From an uncultured Gammaproteobacteria bacterium (GTDB lineage Bacteria; Patescibacteriota; Microgenomatia; Levybacterales; UBA12049): a DNA stretch of 64,000 nucleotides. How positions within the stretch are numbered: position 1 is the first letter of the stretch; every line of letters starts with the position of its first letter. Of the stretch, positions 22,502 through 31,074 are shown one piece after another. The notes beneath the pieces are model-generated. The model searched no databases, was not told where the DNA came from, and saw nothing but the letters and a program-made list of their open reading frames with translations. Made by a program: the position numbers and the translations under genes. Location of the stretch: assembly GCA_964603935.1 (NCBI GenBank), contig CAZRWL010000002.1:9210-73209 (forward strand), given 5' to 3'.

Positions 22502-23731
22502 AATTTTTAATCGGGGAAAGGGTACAATAATTTTAGCATTCGGCTTTTTTAGATTTTTAATCTTTTTCATTATTGCATCTTTGTATGTCCATGCAAGAAG
22601 AACGAAATAATCAACGCTGTTATCGCTCTTGAGCTTATCCTCGGAAGTTATTGGAATATGAACGCCCGGCATAAACCTGTTTTGTTTGTAAGAAGTTGAA
22701 TCCGTTATGTATGAGATAACCGTATGATCAATTCCCGTAAAGTTTAACAATATTACGCTTTTTGCAGGTGCGCCAATCCCAATTATCGTCTTGTTTTCTT
22801 TTCTTAAGCTAACAAGCATATTCCTAAAATCTTTTTTAAATTTAAGTGCGCTGAAAACAAAATTTTCATATGCTTTTGCCTTATTTATCTTCATATCTTT
22901 TTCTTTTTTAAGAATATTTAGCAGTCTTTTTGCCTTAACCTTAACGCTGTCTCTATTTTTCACAAAAACTCTGATAGATCCCCCATGATTGTCTATTTCT
23001 TGCGCGTCATATATCTCTAAATCGTTTGACATAAAAAGGTGTTCCAGGGAAGTTAAAGAAAAATATGAGTAATGCTCATGATAAATAGAATCAAAAGTTT
23101 TTTTCGATATCATTTTCGGCAAATACCCAACTTCCATAACAAATGAGCCATTCCTACTAAGCAGGTTTTTAACCCCTTTTACAAAATCATGAAGATCGAT
23201 AATCTGAGCTAAGGTATTTGTAGCCGTTATCAAATCAAAACTCCCTTTATTCTTAAGTATATTTCTAGAAAGTTTTTCTGTAAAAAAATCAGAAACAACT
23301 TCTATGCCCTCTTTCTTAGTTTGCTCCATTATATTTTTTGCAGGATCAACACCTAGAACATTTACTCCTTCTTTTTTTAGAAAAGACAGCATTGTGCCAT
23401 CATTACATCCTATATCTAATACTCTTGATTTATCATTAAGTTCAAACTTTGCTTTACAAATTTTAGCCAATGATTGCAAATGCTCTTTGAGAGGCATCGA
23501 GGTTGAAGATATGTAATGATATGTGGAAAATAACTTATCTGCATTAACTATCGTATCTATTTGACCTAATCCGCAATTTTCACAAATACAAAAATTCAAG
23601 GGATATTTCTTCTCTTTTTTAGCTAATTCCTCTAAAGAGAGATAGTAATTAACCGCGGGAAATTTACCCAGCGACAAGACACTAATTATTTTAGACTTAC
23701 AAATTCTACAATTTTCAACTTTCATATCCAA
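22496..23731 (-). CDS. NDP-sugar C-methyltransferase-like SAM methyltransferase
   Basis: CRIC...CENC, DIGCNDG, FDSIYHEH, HGGSIR, GAPAK, LLAW. Confidence 0.85.
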   Translation of the reverse strand: MDMKVENCRICKSKIISVLSLGKFPAVNYYLSLEELAKKEKKYPLNFCICENCGLGQIDTIVNADKLFSTYHYISSTSMPLKEHLQSLAKICKAKFELNDKSRVLDIGCNDGTMLSFLKKEGVNVLGVDPAKNIMEQTKKEGIEVVSDFFTEKLSRNILKNKGSFDLITATNTLAQIIDLHDFVKGVKNLLSRNGSFVMEVGYLPKMISKKTFDSIYHEHYSYFSLTSLEHLFMSNDLEIYDAQEIDNHGGSIRVFVKNRDSVKVKAKRLLNILKKEKDMKINKAKAYENFVFSALKFKKDFRNMLVSLRKENKTIIGIGAPAKSVILLNFTGIDHTVISYITDSTSYKQNRFMPGVHIPITSEDKLKSDNSVDYFVLLAWTYKDAIMKKIKNLKKPNAKIIVPFPRLKIL

Positions 23732-24738
23732 AGCTTTAAGTACATATCAGTCACTTCATCCCAAGTATATTTTTTAACCCAAGCATAAGCATTATTAATC
23801 ATTTCATTCTTCTCTTTTGGATGTTTTAAAAAATAAAAAACCGATTCTGCAAGCTCACTCTCTAAGCCAAAAATATTAATAAATCTAGAAAAGGGTGCCA
23901 TTCTTAAATAATCTTCTTTCAAGGGATTATCGTAAACTGCAAAGACAAGCCTTCCGGCAGCCATTGCCTCCAGAATTGATAAATATCTGGACACAAACGC
24001 AAAATTATATTTAGAAAAATACTTTTCCGGTCTGCTCTGAAAACCTAAAACTTCAAAATTTTTTTCAAGTTCTTTTCTAAATTTTCCATCGCCTATTATT
24101 TTGAACTCAAAATCCGATATTTTTTTTCTTATTAACTTAACTGCGTCGGCGTAAGTTTTTATCCCGGTCTGCTCATCCAACCTGCCAATAAAAACTGCTG
24201 AGTTCTCATTTTTAATTTTTGACTTTTGATTTTTAATTTCGCCTACGCCGCCATAGGTAACATAGGCAGGCTTTGTTTTGTACCATTTGCTAATAAACTG
24301 CCCCACACAGATATTGCCATTAGACAGTCTCTCGGATAATTTATGCATAAAAACATGTTTTGATTTCAAAGGATAATCTTCGTAACCATGAAAAGTCGTA
24401 TATGCTTTTTTAAATGGAAATAAAAACCTAAAGGGCAAATACCAGAAGAAAACATCATGACAATGAACGATATCTGTTTTTTTAATTAAATCTATATTTT
24501 TAAGCAACCAAAACCAAATCCTAAATTTCTTAAACCAATTGTTTCCTCCAACCGGAATTCTATAAACATCAATTCCGTCAATATTCTCTTCTCCTGGAAC
24601 AGCTTCGACCAACAATTCCTCCGTAATTATTTTTACCTTGTGTCCTTTCGAAATCAACCTTCTAGATATCTCCAAAACATGCTTTTCAACTCCGCCAATG
24701 TGGGGATAAAACAAACGGGAAAAGAATAAAATATTCAC
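23722..24738 (-). CDS. GT4 glycosyltransferase (GTG start)
   Basis: FYPHIGGVEKH, FIGRL, LEAMAAG motifs. Confidence 0.85.
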   Translation of the reverse strand: MNILFFSRLFYPHIGGVEKHVLEISRRLISKGHKVKIITEELLVEAVPGEENIDGIDVYRIPVGGNNWFKKFRIWFWLLKNIDLIKKTDIVHCHDVFFWYLPFRFLFPFKKAYTTFHGYEDYPLKSKHVFMHKLSERLSNGNICVGQFISKWYKTKPAYVTYGGVGEIKNQKSKIKNENSAVFIGRLDEQTGIKTYADAVKLIRKKISDFEFKIIGDGKFRKELEKNFEVLGFQSRPEKYFSKYNFAFVSRYLSILEAMAAGRLVFAVYDNPLKEDYLRMAPFSRFINIFGLESELAESVFYFLKHPKEKNEMINNAYAWVKKYTWDEVTDMYLKLWI

Positions 24739-24740
24739 AG

Positions 24741-24812
24741 TGGACCCGAGAGGACTCGAACCTCTGACTTCTTCAATGTGAATGAAGCGTTCTACCGCTG
24801 AACCACGGGTCC
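24741..24812 (-). tRNA. tRNA-Val (anticodon CAC), CCA not encoded
   Basis: Reverse complement GGACCCG...CGGGTCC-A acceptor stem, anticodon arm CTTCA-TTCACAT-TGAAG, GGTTCGAGTCC T arm. Confidence 0.95.
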
Positions 24813-24844
24813 AAACACTATCATTTTACAACATCTCCTCTTGA

Positions 24845-24873
24845 TTGACAAAGAAAAGGAAATCATAGACAAT
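24845..24873 (+). promoter_or_regulatory. Sigma70-like promoter of lepB
   Basis: TTGACA-17 bp-GACAAT; ATG 7 nt after the last base of the -10. Confidence 0.6.
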
Positions 24874-24879
24874 AAACTC

Positions 24880-25440
24880 ATGGAGTTTTTGAGAAAAACA
24901 TACGCCTTTTTGATGGATACAGTCCAGACTCTTGTTCTAATTTCTGCTGCTTTTCTTGTTGTATACGTTTTTTTGTTCAGGCCATTTCAGGTTAGCGGAA
25001 ATTCTATGCATCCGACATTCCTAAACAAAGAGTATATCCTGACCAATTTGATAACTTTGCGATTTGGCAAACCAAAATTAGGGGATGTTATAGTATTCAA
25101 AGCTCCAAACGACCCGGAAAAAGATTATATAAAACGCGTAATAGGTATTCCAGGAGATACGGTTTTTATTAGGAATGGTGAAGTATATGTAAATAATAAT
25201 TTGCTTAATGAACGCGCATACCTTCAGCCAACAGTCAAAACATACGGAGGGTCATTCCTCAAAGAAGAGCAATCGGTCACCGTACCAGCTGAATCTTATT
25301 TTGTAATAGGAGATAACCGTCCCGGCAGTTCCGACTCAAGGGAATGGGGATTTCTTCCTGCCAAAAATTTAATTGGACAATCCTTTTTTGTCTATTGGCC
25401 TTTGGACAAAATACAAGTAATTAAAAACCCTTATAGGTAG
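24880..25440 (+). CDS. lepB: Signal peptidase I
   Basis: GNSMHPT (catalytic Ser), YIKRVIG (catalytic Lys), GDNR..SSDSR. Start placed at ATG 24880. Confidence 0.95.
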   Translation: MEFLRKTYAFLMDTVQTLVLISAAFLVVYVFLFRPFQVSGNSMHPTFLNKEYILTNLITLRFGKPKLGDVIVFKAPNDPEKDYIKRVIGIPGDTVFIRNGEVYVNNNLLNERAYLQPTVKTYGGSFLKEEQSVTVPAESYFVIGDNRPGSSDSREWGFLPAKNLIGQSFFVYWPLDKIQVIKNPYR

Positions 25441-25446
25441 CATCCA

Positions 25447-26274
25447 TCATTCTCCGGACAGAATTTTGCTTATTGTCTTTATTTTAGGACCTGTAATCTC
25501 CACATCTCCGTTTACTTCAATTAATATTCTTGCTTTCTTGCTTGACTGAAAAATCGCAACCCTGTCAAGCTTGTATTTTTTGGCAATATTTTGCGCCATT
25601 AAATCCAACTCAGGAACCCAAAGCTTGTCTGTTACCGCGCGAGGCTCTCTTTTCTCAATCTCCCCTTTAACTTTTCTAGCCTCCTCTTCCGTTTGTCTGA
25701 CAGTGCTATTTTCCCGAAGTATCCTTCTAAACAAATCGAGCATCAAATTCGTATCTCCAAGCGAAATAAGAGGACGGACATGCCCTTCCGTAATTACTCC
25801 TGCGACAAGAGCGTCTTTAATTGCATCGGGAAGAGACAATAATCTAATCGTATTTGAAACTGTAGGAGCGCTTTTCCCAACCCTTCTGGCAACCTCATTT
25901 GTTCCCATACCAAATTCATCAATTAATCTTTTGTATGCAAGAGCTCTTTCGATTGGATTAAGGTCTTCTCTTTGGACATTCTCAACAATAGACATTTCAA
26001 GCATGCCTTGAGGGGTAGTGTTTTTGACCACAACCGGCACTTTGGAAAGCCCCAAAATCTTCGCCGCTCTCCAACGCCTTTCCCCAGCGATAATCTGATA
26101 TCCTGCAGGCGTTCTGGCAACAACCAGAGGCTCAAGAATACCCTGTTCTCTTATTGAATCAACTAAGTCGTTCAGAGAAGCCGGCGCTATTACTCCACGG
26201 GGCTGAAGAGGATTGGCTTGAAGCATGTTGATTTCAAGCTCATGAATTGTCTCGTTCGTATTAGTATTGTCCAT
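25447..26274 (-). CDS. parB: ParB/Spo0J partition protein
   Basis: NPLQPR, IIAGERRWRA, ENVQREDL, HTH region. Confidence 0.9.
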   Translation of the reverse strand: MDNTNTNETIHELEINMLQANPLQPRGVIAPASLNDLVDSIREQGILEPLVVARTPAGYQIIAGERRWRAAKILGLSKVPVVVKNTTPQGMLEMSIVENVQREDLNPIERALAYKRLIDEFGMGTNEVARRVGKSAPTVSNTIRLLSLPDAIKDALVAGVITEGHVRPLISLGDTNLMLDLFRRILRENSTVRQTEEEARKVKGEIEKREPRAVTDKLWVPELDLMAQNIAKKYKLDRVAIFQSSKKARILIEVNGDVEITGPKIKTISKILSGE

Positions 26275-26283
26275 ACACAGTTG

Positions 26284-26538
26284 TTACTGCAGGCTTAGAA
26301 CCTCCGCAATTCTCCTGCCTTTTGCAATTTTAAAATTTACAACACCGTCTCTTACGGCAAAAAGAGTGTAATCATTCCCCATAGAAACACCCTGTCCTGC
26401 AAAAAGTTTCGTTCCTTTCTGCCGTATAATAATATTGCCTTTTAGAATCTTAGCTCCTCCATATATCTTAACGCCGAGACGTTTTGACCTGGAGTCCCTA
26501 TTTCCTTTTACCGAACCTTGTGCTTTTGTATGAGCCAT
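26284..26538 (-). CDS. rpmA: 50S ribosomal protein L27
   Basis: [27 protein letters not shown]. Confidence 0.97.
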   Translation of the reverse strand: MAHTKAQGSVKGNRDSRSKRLGVKIYGGAKILKGNIIIRQKGTKLFAGQGVSMGNDYTLFAVRDGVVNFKIAKGRRIAEVLSLQ

Positions 26539-26569
26539 ATTGTTGTCGTGAAAACTATTTTATATTACG

Positions 26570-26896
26570 TTAAATTTTCACAGATGTCAAGATGTCAAGA
26601 ATTTTAATTTTTGTTAAATATTGCCTGTGTCCCGTTACTCTTCTGTATTTAGCTTTGGCCTTAAATTTGGAAACTCTGATTTTGTCGCCTTTCAAATGCT
26701 CCAGAACTTCGGCCTTAACCGTAATTTTTGAAACTTTAGGCTTACCTATTTTTAGAGCTCCGTTGGAAACATACAAAAGAACGTCCTCAATGGAAAATTT
26801 TTCCCCAACTTTAGGAGTAAGTCTTTCTACCTCAATTATCGTGTCTTTGGAAACCTTATACTGCTTGCCGCCTGTTCTTATGATCGCGTATTCCAT
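26570..26896 (-). CDS. rplU: 50S ribosomal protein L21
   Basis: YAIIRTGGKQYKV, GHRQYLT. Confidence 0.97.
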   Translation of the reverse strand: MEYAIIRTGGKQYKVSKDTIIEVERLTPKVGEKFSIEDVLLYVSNGALKIGKPKVSKITVKAEVLEHLKGDKIRVSKFKAKAKYRRVTGHRQYLTKIKILDILTSVKI

Positions 26897-26919
26897 AAAA
26901 ATTGATTATACCAAAAATT

Positions 26920-27996
26920 TTACCTAATTTCCAGAACTCTTTTCGAAACTTGGCGTTTGCTCATTGAGCAAAGTATACCAAGAAGAATAAAATTTGAAAG
27001 AAGCGAACTTCCTCCGTAAGAAACGAAGGGAAGCGTAATCCCGACGATTGGCAAAAGACCTATATTCATGCCTATATTTATAAAAAACTGAAAAAAAATC
27101 AAAGAGAAAGCCACAATTGAAAAAACCTTACAAAATAAATCATCTTGATTCAAGAAAATCATAAAAATTTTGTATAGTAAAAACACAAAAGTTAAAATCA
27201 TCAAGACCGATCCAATCATCCCTAATTCCTCCGAGAATGTTGCAAAGATAAAATCGGTGTGTCTCTCCGGCAAAAATCTAAGAACCGATTGAGTCCCAAG
27301 TCCCAAGCCCCGGCCGAAGAGCATTCCCGAACCAACTGTGATAATTGACTGAATTGCGTTATAGGAAAATCCTAAAGGGTCGCTGGGATTGAAAAAGGTG
27401 AAGATCCGCTGTTTTTGGTAATCATGTAAAAACCTAAAAAATATTGGAAAAATGCCAATCACAAAAATTAACGCTCCGGCAAAAAATCGCAAAGGAAAAC
27501 CAAAGACAATAAAAGCTAAAACAGCAGATAACAAGTATACGGAAGCGCTTCCCAAATCCGGCTGAAGAAATATCAGGAAAAATATGGGCATCAAAAAACA
27601 CGTTCCCAGAAAAAGAGTTTTCAAAGAATAATTATTTCGGGAAGAAAGATATGAAGAGAGACAAATTGCCAAAAAAGGTTTCAAGAGTTCTGAAAATTGT
27701 ACTCTGAAACCCAAAAGCTCTAACCACCTCACCGAACCCCTGCTTTCAATCCCAACAACCAACACTATAAGCAATAAAACAAGGGAAATCGCATATATCG
27801 GTATCGAGTACAACTTAATAGCCTCATAATTAGTCTGGGAAAAAAACAAAAAAGCAATAATCCCAATTATAAGGAAAAAAAACTGATTTTTAAAAAGCGA
27901 GAAATCGATTGAAAAAAGAGTGGTAAGGCTTAGAATAACCAAAATAACCACAGGAGCTATCAGGCTCCAATCGACATCGAACAGGTATTTTTTCAT
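26920..27996 (-). CDS. rodA: SEDS family peptidoglycan polymerase, RodA-like
   Basis: QPDLG, YQKQRI, FLPERHTDFIF, LPFVSYGGSS; a separate ftsW lies in the dcw cluster. Confidence 0.85.
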   Translation of the reverse strand: MKKYLFDVDWSLIAPVVILVILSLTTLFSIDFSLFKNQFFFLIIGIIAFLFFSQTNYEAIKLYSIPIYAISLVLLLIVLVVGIESRGSVRWLELLGFRVQFSELLKPFLAICLSSYLSSRNNYSLKTLFLGTCFLMPIFFLIFLQPDLGSASVYLLSAVLAFIVFGFPLRFFAGALIFVIGIFPIFFRFLHDYQKQRIFTFFNPSDPLGFSYNAIQSIITVGSGMLFGRGLGLGTQSVLRFLPERHTDFIFATFSEELGMIGSVLMILTFVFLLYKIFMIFLNQDDLFCKVFSIVAFSLIFFQFFINIGMNIGLLPIVGITLPFVSYGGSSLLSNFILLGILCSMSKRQVSKRVLEIR

Positions 27997-30821
27997 TTAC
28001 TAACAACCAGAAACTCATCTCCCTTTTGCAAATCCCCGACTAAGGCATTTTTCTTTATGTAATCTTCAAATGCCGCGGGCCAGCTTTTCAAAACAACATT
28101 TACTTTTTCATCTAACGTTGTCTCTAAGCGCTTCCTTTCTTTCTGAATTTCTCTGACAATATCTCTTGCCTCTCCTTCTTCTTTTAATTGCTTTGTTAAA
28201 CTTGTATCAAGAACAACCGACATCCCTCCTTTTCCTTCTTCGAAAATTATTTTTTTTATGTTCGTTTCATCTTTAACTAGACATAACACCGCATCTCTAA
28301 TTTTTAATTTCGAATTATAAATTTTTAATTTAGCTAAGGGCTGTCTAACCTTAATCCCAGCTTCTTTCCTTTTCGCGTGAGCCATTTCTACTATTTTTCT
28401 CGCCAAATCCATTTCTTTTTCTAATTTATCATCGATTAATCCAACATCAGCTTTTGGAAAATTTGATAAATGCACAGATTCCTCCCCTGTTAGATTTCTG
28501 TATATTTCTTCCGTAATAAATGGGATTAACGGGGCAAGAACCTGACAGTATGTTTTCAAAACAAAATACAAAGTGCTATAAAAACTATCTTTATCTTTCA
28601 GGTCATCTGCAGCCGGACCGACCCTATCCCTGCTTCTTCTTAAATACCACAAAGATAAATCATTAATAAAAACCAACGCTTGATCAACTATTTCAGGCGT
28701 ATTGAATGCTTCGTATCCTTTGTCAATTATATTTTTAACGTTACCGTTAAACCTTGACAGTATCCACTTATCCAAAACTTTTTCTGATTTTAAATCAATT
28801 TCCGAAAGAACCCACTTATCTATAAGCGCATTGGAAACAAAAAAATTATAAACATTCCAAAGTATCAGAAGTATTCCCCGCACTTGATTTCTGTATGGAT
28901 CTTCTGCGATCAGCATGTCTTCTCCGTTCATAACAGGACTGCCCATTAGATAAAGTCTCAAAGCGTCTCCTCCGTATTTCTCAATCATTTCTTTCGGATC
29001 AGGATAGTTGCCGTAATTTTTGCTCATTTTTCTTCCATCTGTTCCCAAAACAACTCCTTCAACCAAAACATTTTTTGCCAGAATATTTAATCCGTCTTTT
29101 CTTAAATCCAAAGCATTAGCTATGATATGCAAAATCGAAAACCATGCCCTGATTTGTCCTGTATATTCCCCTATAAAATCAGGCGGATAAAATTCCTCTA
29201 TCTTTTCTGCAGTATTAAACGGATAATGTCTTTCTCCGAAAGAAGCGCTGCCTGCCTCTATCCAGCTGTCCAAGACTTCAGGAACTCTTTTGGCAGTTTC
29301 TCCGCACTTTGCGCAATTAACGGTAACCGCATCAATTTCCGGTTTGTGTAAATCCGTAATTTTTTTGCCTGATTTTTCTTCCAGCTCCTTGATTGATCCC
29401 GGAACAAAACGTTCCCCGCATCCGCACTCCCAAACAGGAATAGGCGAACCCCAAAATCTGCTTCTTGAAATGTTCCAGTCCGGCGCGTTCTCAATACTTT
29501 TCGCAAATCTTCCATGCTTAAAATGGCCCGGATACCAATTGACAGAATCATTGGATTTTCGCATTTTGTCTTTTAGCTTATTCAGATCAACATACCACGC
29601 ATTTTGAGGAGAATAGTAAAGTCTGGTATGGCATCGCCAACACAAAGGGACATTATGCATCAATACTTCATCCTTATAGATAAGTCCTCTTTTTTTCAAA
29701 TCATTGTTAACTGCTTTATTGGCTTTCAAGTAATACATTCCGCCGAACTGCGGCACTTCTTTTCTTATTGTCCCCTCCTCATCAACGTGCATTTCAATAT
29801 GAATGTTATTTTCAAGTGATGCCTTCAAATCTTCTTCCCCATACGCTGCAATCGTTACCACTCCGGTTCCTTCTTCCGCAGTTACAAAATCTCCCGGAAT
29901 AATCACGAAAGCTTTTTTTCCTTCATCTATTTCGTAGTAATCGTAATGAGGAATAAATTTTTTCCCAATCAACTTTTCCCCCTTAAATTCCGCTACAATG
30001 TCATGCTGAACTTGTTTCAGCATCTTAATTGTTGATTTAGCGAGTATATAATATTCGTTTCCCTCTCTCACTTTTACATACGTTAATTTTGGGTTAACTG
30101 CAAGAGCAGGAGTAACGATCTTATTCCAGGGAGTAGTTGACCAAGCAAGAATATAGGTATTTTTTTCATCTTTTAATTCATATTTATAAACGGTTGCTGC
30201 GTCCGGAACTTCCTTGTAATTGTCTGCGTCCATCGCCACTTCAAAGTTGGAAATCGGAGTTGAACAATGAGGGCAATAGAGGGAAACGCGGAAACCTTTA
30301 TAAACATATCCCTTTTCGTACATTTGCTTGAAAACCCACATTACGGATTCCATGTAATCGATATCCATTGTTCTGTAAGCGTTCTTAAAATCCACCCAGC
30401 GTCCGATATGATCAATGTACCATTCCCATTCGCCTGAAACATCTTTGACATAAAGCTTGCATTCGTCAACAAATTTCTTCACTCCGACTTTTTCTGCAAT
30501 TTCTTTTTTGCTTTTAAGACCTAATTTCACTTCAACCTTGTTTTCTGCAGGCAAACCATGACAATCCCATCCCCAAACTCTTCTGACTTGGTATCCCTGC
30601 ATGGTTTTATAGCGGGGAAACAAGTCTTTCGGAAGACTTGACAGAAGGCTTCCGTAATGAGGCATCCCTGTTACGAAAGGCGGACCGTCTAAAATAGTCC
30701 ATTTGCCCTTTGGCGCTTTTTTTGCGACAGATTTTTCAAAAATTTTATTCTCCTTCCAGTATTTTAATATTTCCTCTTCGAGTTTTGGAAAATTTACGTT
30801 GGGATTTACAGGCTTAAACAT
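27993..30821 (-). CDS. ileS: Isoleucyl-tRNA synthetase (type 2-like)
   Basis: DGPPF, GWDCHGLPAE, WNISRSRFWG, KMSK, WYLRRSRDR; HIGH-type motif reads HYGS. Confidence 0.95.
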   Translation of the reverse strand: MFKPVNPNVNFPKLEEEILKYWKENKIFEKSVAKKAPKGKWTILDGPPFVTGMPHYGSLLSSLPKDLFPRYKTMQGYQVRRVWGWDCHGLPAENKVEVKLGLKSKKEIAEKVGVKKFVDECKLYVKDVSGEWEWYIDHIGRWVDFKNAYRTMDIDYMESVMWVFKQMYEKGYVYKGFRVSLYCPHCSTPISNFEVAMDADNYKEVPDAATVYKYELKDEKNTYILAWSTTPWNKIVTPALAVNPKLTYVKVREGNEYYILAKSTIKMLKQVQHDIVAEFKGEKLIGKKFIPHYDYYEIDEGKKAFVIIPGDFVTAEEGTGVVTIAAYGEEDLKASLENNIHIEMHVDEEGTIRKEVPQFGGMYYLKANKAVNNDLKKRGLIYKDEVLMHNVPLCWRCHTRLYYSPQNAWYVDLNKLKDKMRKSNDSVNWYPGHFKHGRFAKSIENAPDWNISRSRFWGSPIPVWECGCGERFVPGSIKELEEKSGKKITDLHKPEIDAVTVNCAKCGETAKRVPEVLDSWIEAGSASFGERHYPFNTAEKIEEFYPPDFIGEYTGQIRAWFSILHIIANALDLRKDGLNILAKNVLVEGVVLGTDGRKMSKNYGNYPDPKEMIEKYGGDALRLYLMGSPVMNGEDMLIAEDPYRNQVRGILLILWNVYNFFVSNALIDKWVLSEIDLKSEKVLDKWILSRFNGNVKNIIDKGYEAFNTPEIVDQALVFINDLSLWYLRRSRDRVGPAADDLKDKDSFYSTLYFVLKTYCQVLAPLIPFITEEIYRNLTGEESVHLSNFPKADVGLIDDKLEKEMDLARKIVEMAHAKRKEAGIKVRQPLAKLKIYNSKLKIRDAVLCLVKDETNIKKIIFEEGKGGMSVVLDTSLTKQLKEEGEARDIVREIQKERKRLETTLDEKVNVVLKSWPAAFEDYIKKNALVGDLQKGDEFLVVSK

Positions 30822-30828
30822 AAGGTTA

Positions 30829-30857
30829 ATTGTATCCTAAAAGCTAATTTTGTTCAA
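30829..30857 (-). promoter_or_regulatory. Sigma70-like promoter of ileS (leaderless type)
   Basis: TTGAAC-17 bp-TACAAT; ATG 8 nt downstream. Confidence 0.6.
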
Positions 30858-31035
30858 GACAGCTTACTGACGTAATTCAAATATTGAACAGTCTCTTTAT
30901 TTATTATAGAATTACTGGATATTATGGGACATATAGAACGCGGAAAATGCCGCGGAGAAAGCCAAAGAGTGTAATGTTGCAAAAAGTGAAGGAAAACCCC
31001 ATTGAAGATTGTCAGTCAGGATTATAACCTCTCAC

Positions 31036-31064
31036 TTGACAAAGACTGTCTTATAGTATATAAT
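31036..31064 (+). promoter_or_regulatory. Consensus sigma70 promoter
   Basis: TTGACA-17 bp-TATAAT, 11 nt before ATG 31075. Confidence 0.8.
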
Positions 31065-31074
31065 ACGTAGCAAC

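Noticed and set aside
25447-26283. parS site or parA next to parB
   Set aside because: I saw no TGTTTCACGTGAAACA-like palindrome and no ParA ORF; a stand-alone parB is not unusual.
26583-26600. 8-bp duplication GATGTCAA at the end of rplU
   Set aside because: Only two copies; adequately explained as coding sequence carrying the rpmA -35 (TTGACA-17-TAATAT).
30822-31035. T-box riboswitch upstream of ileS (likewise glyS)
   Set aside because: The -10 elements sit directly before the start codons, and no T-box motif or antiterminator is visible.
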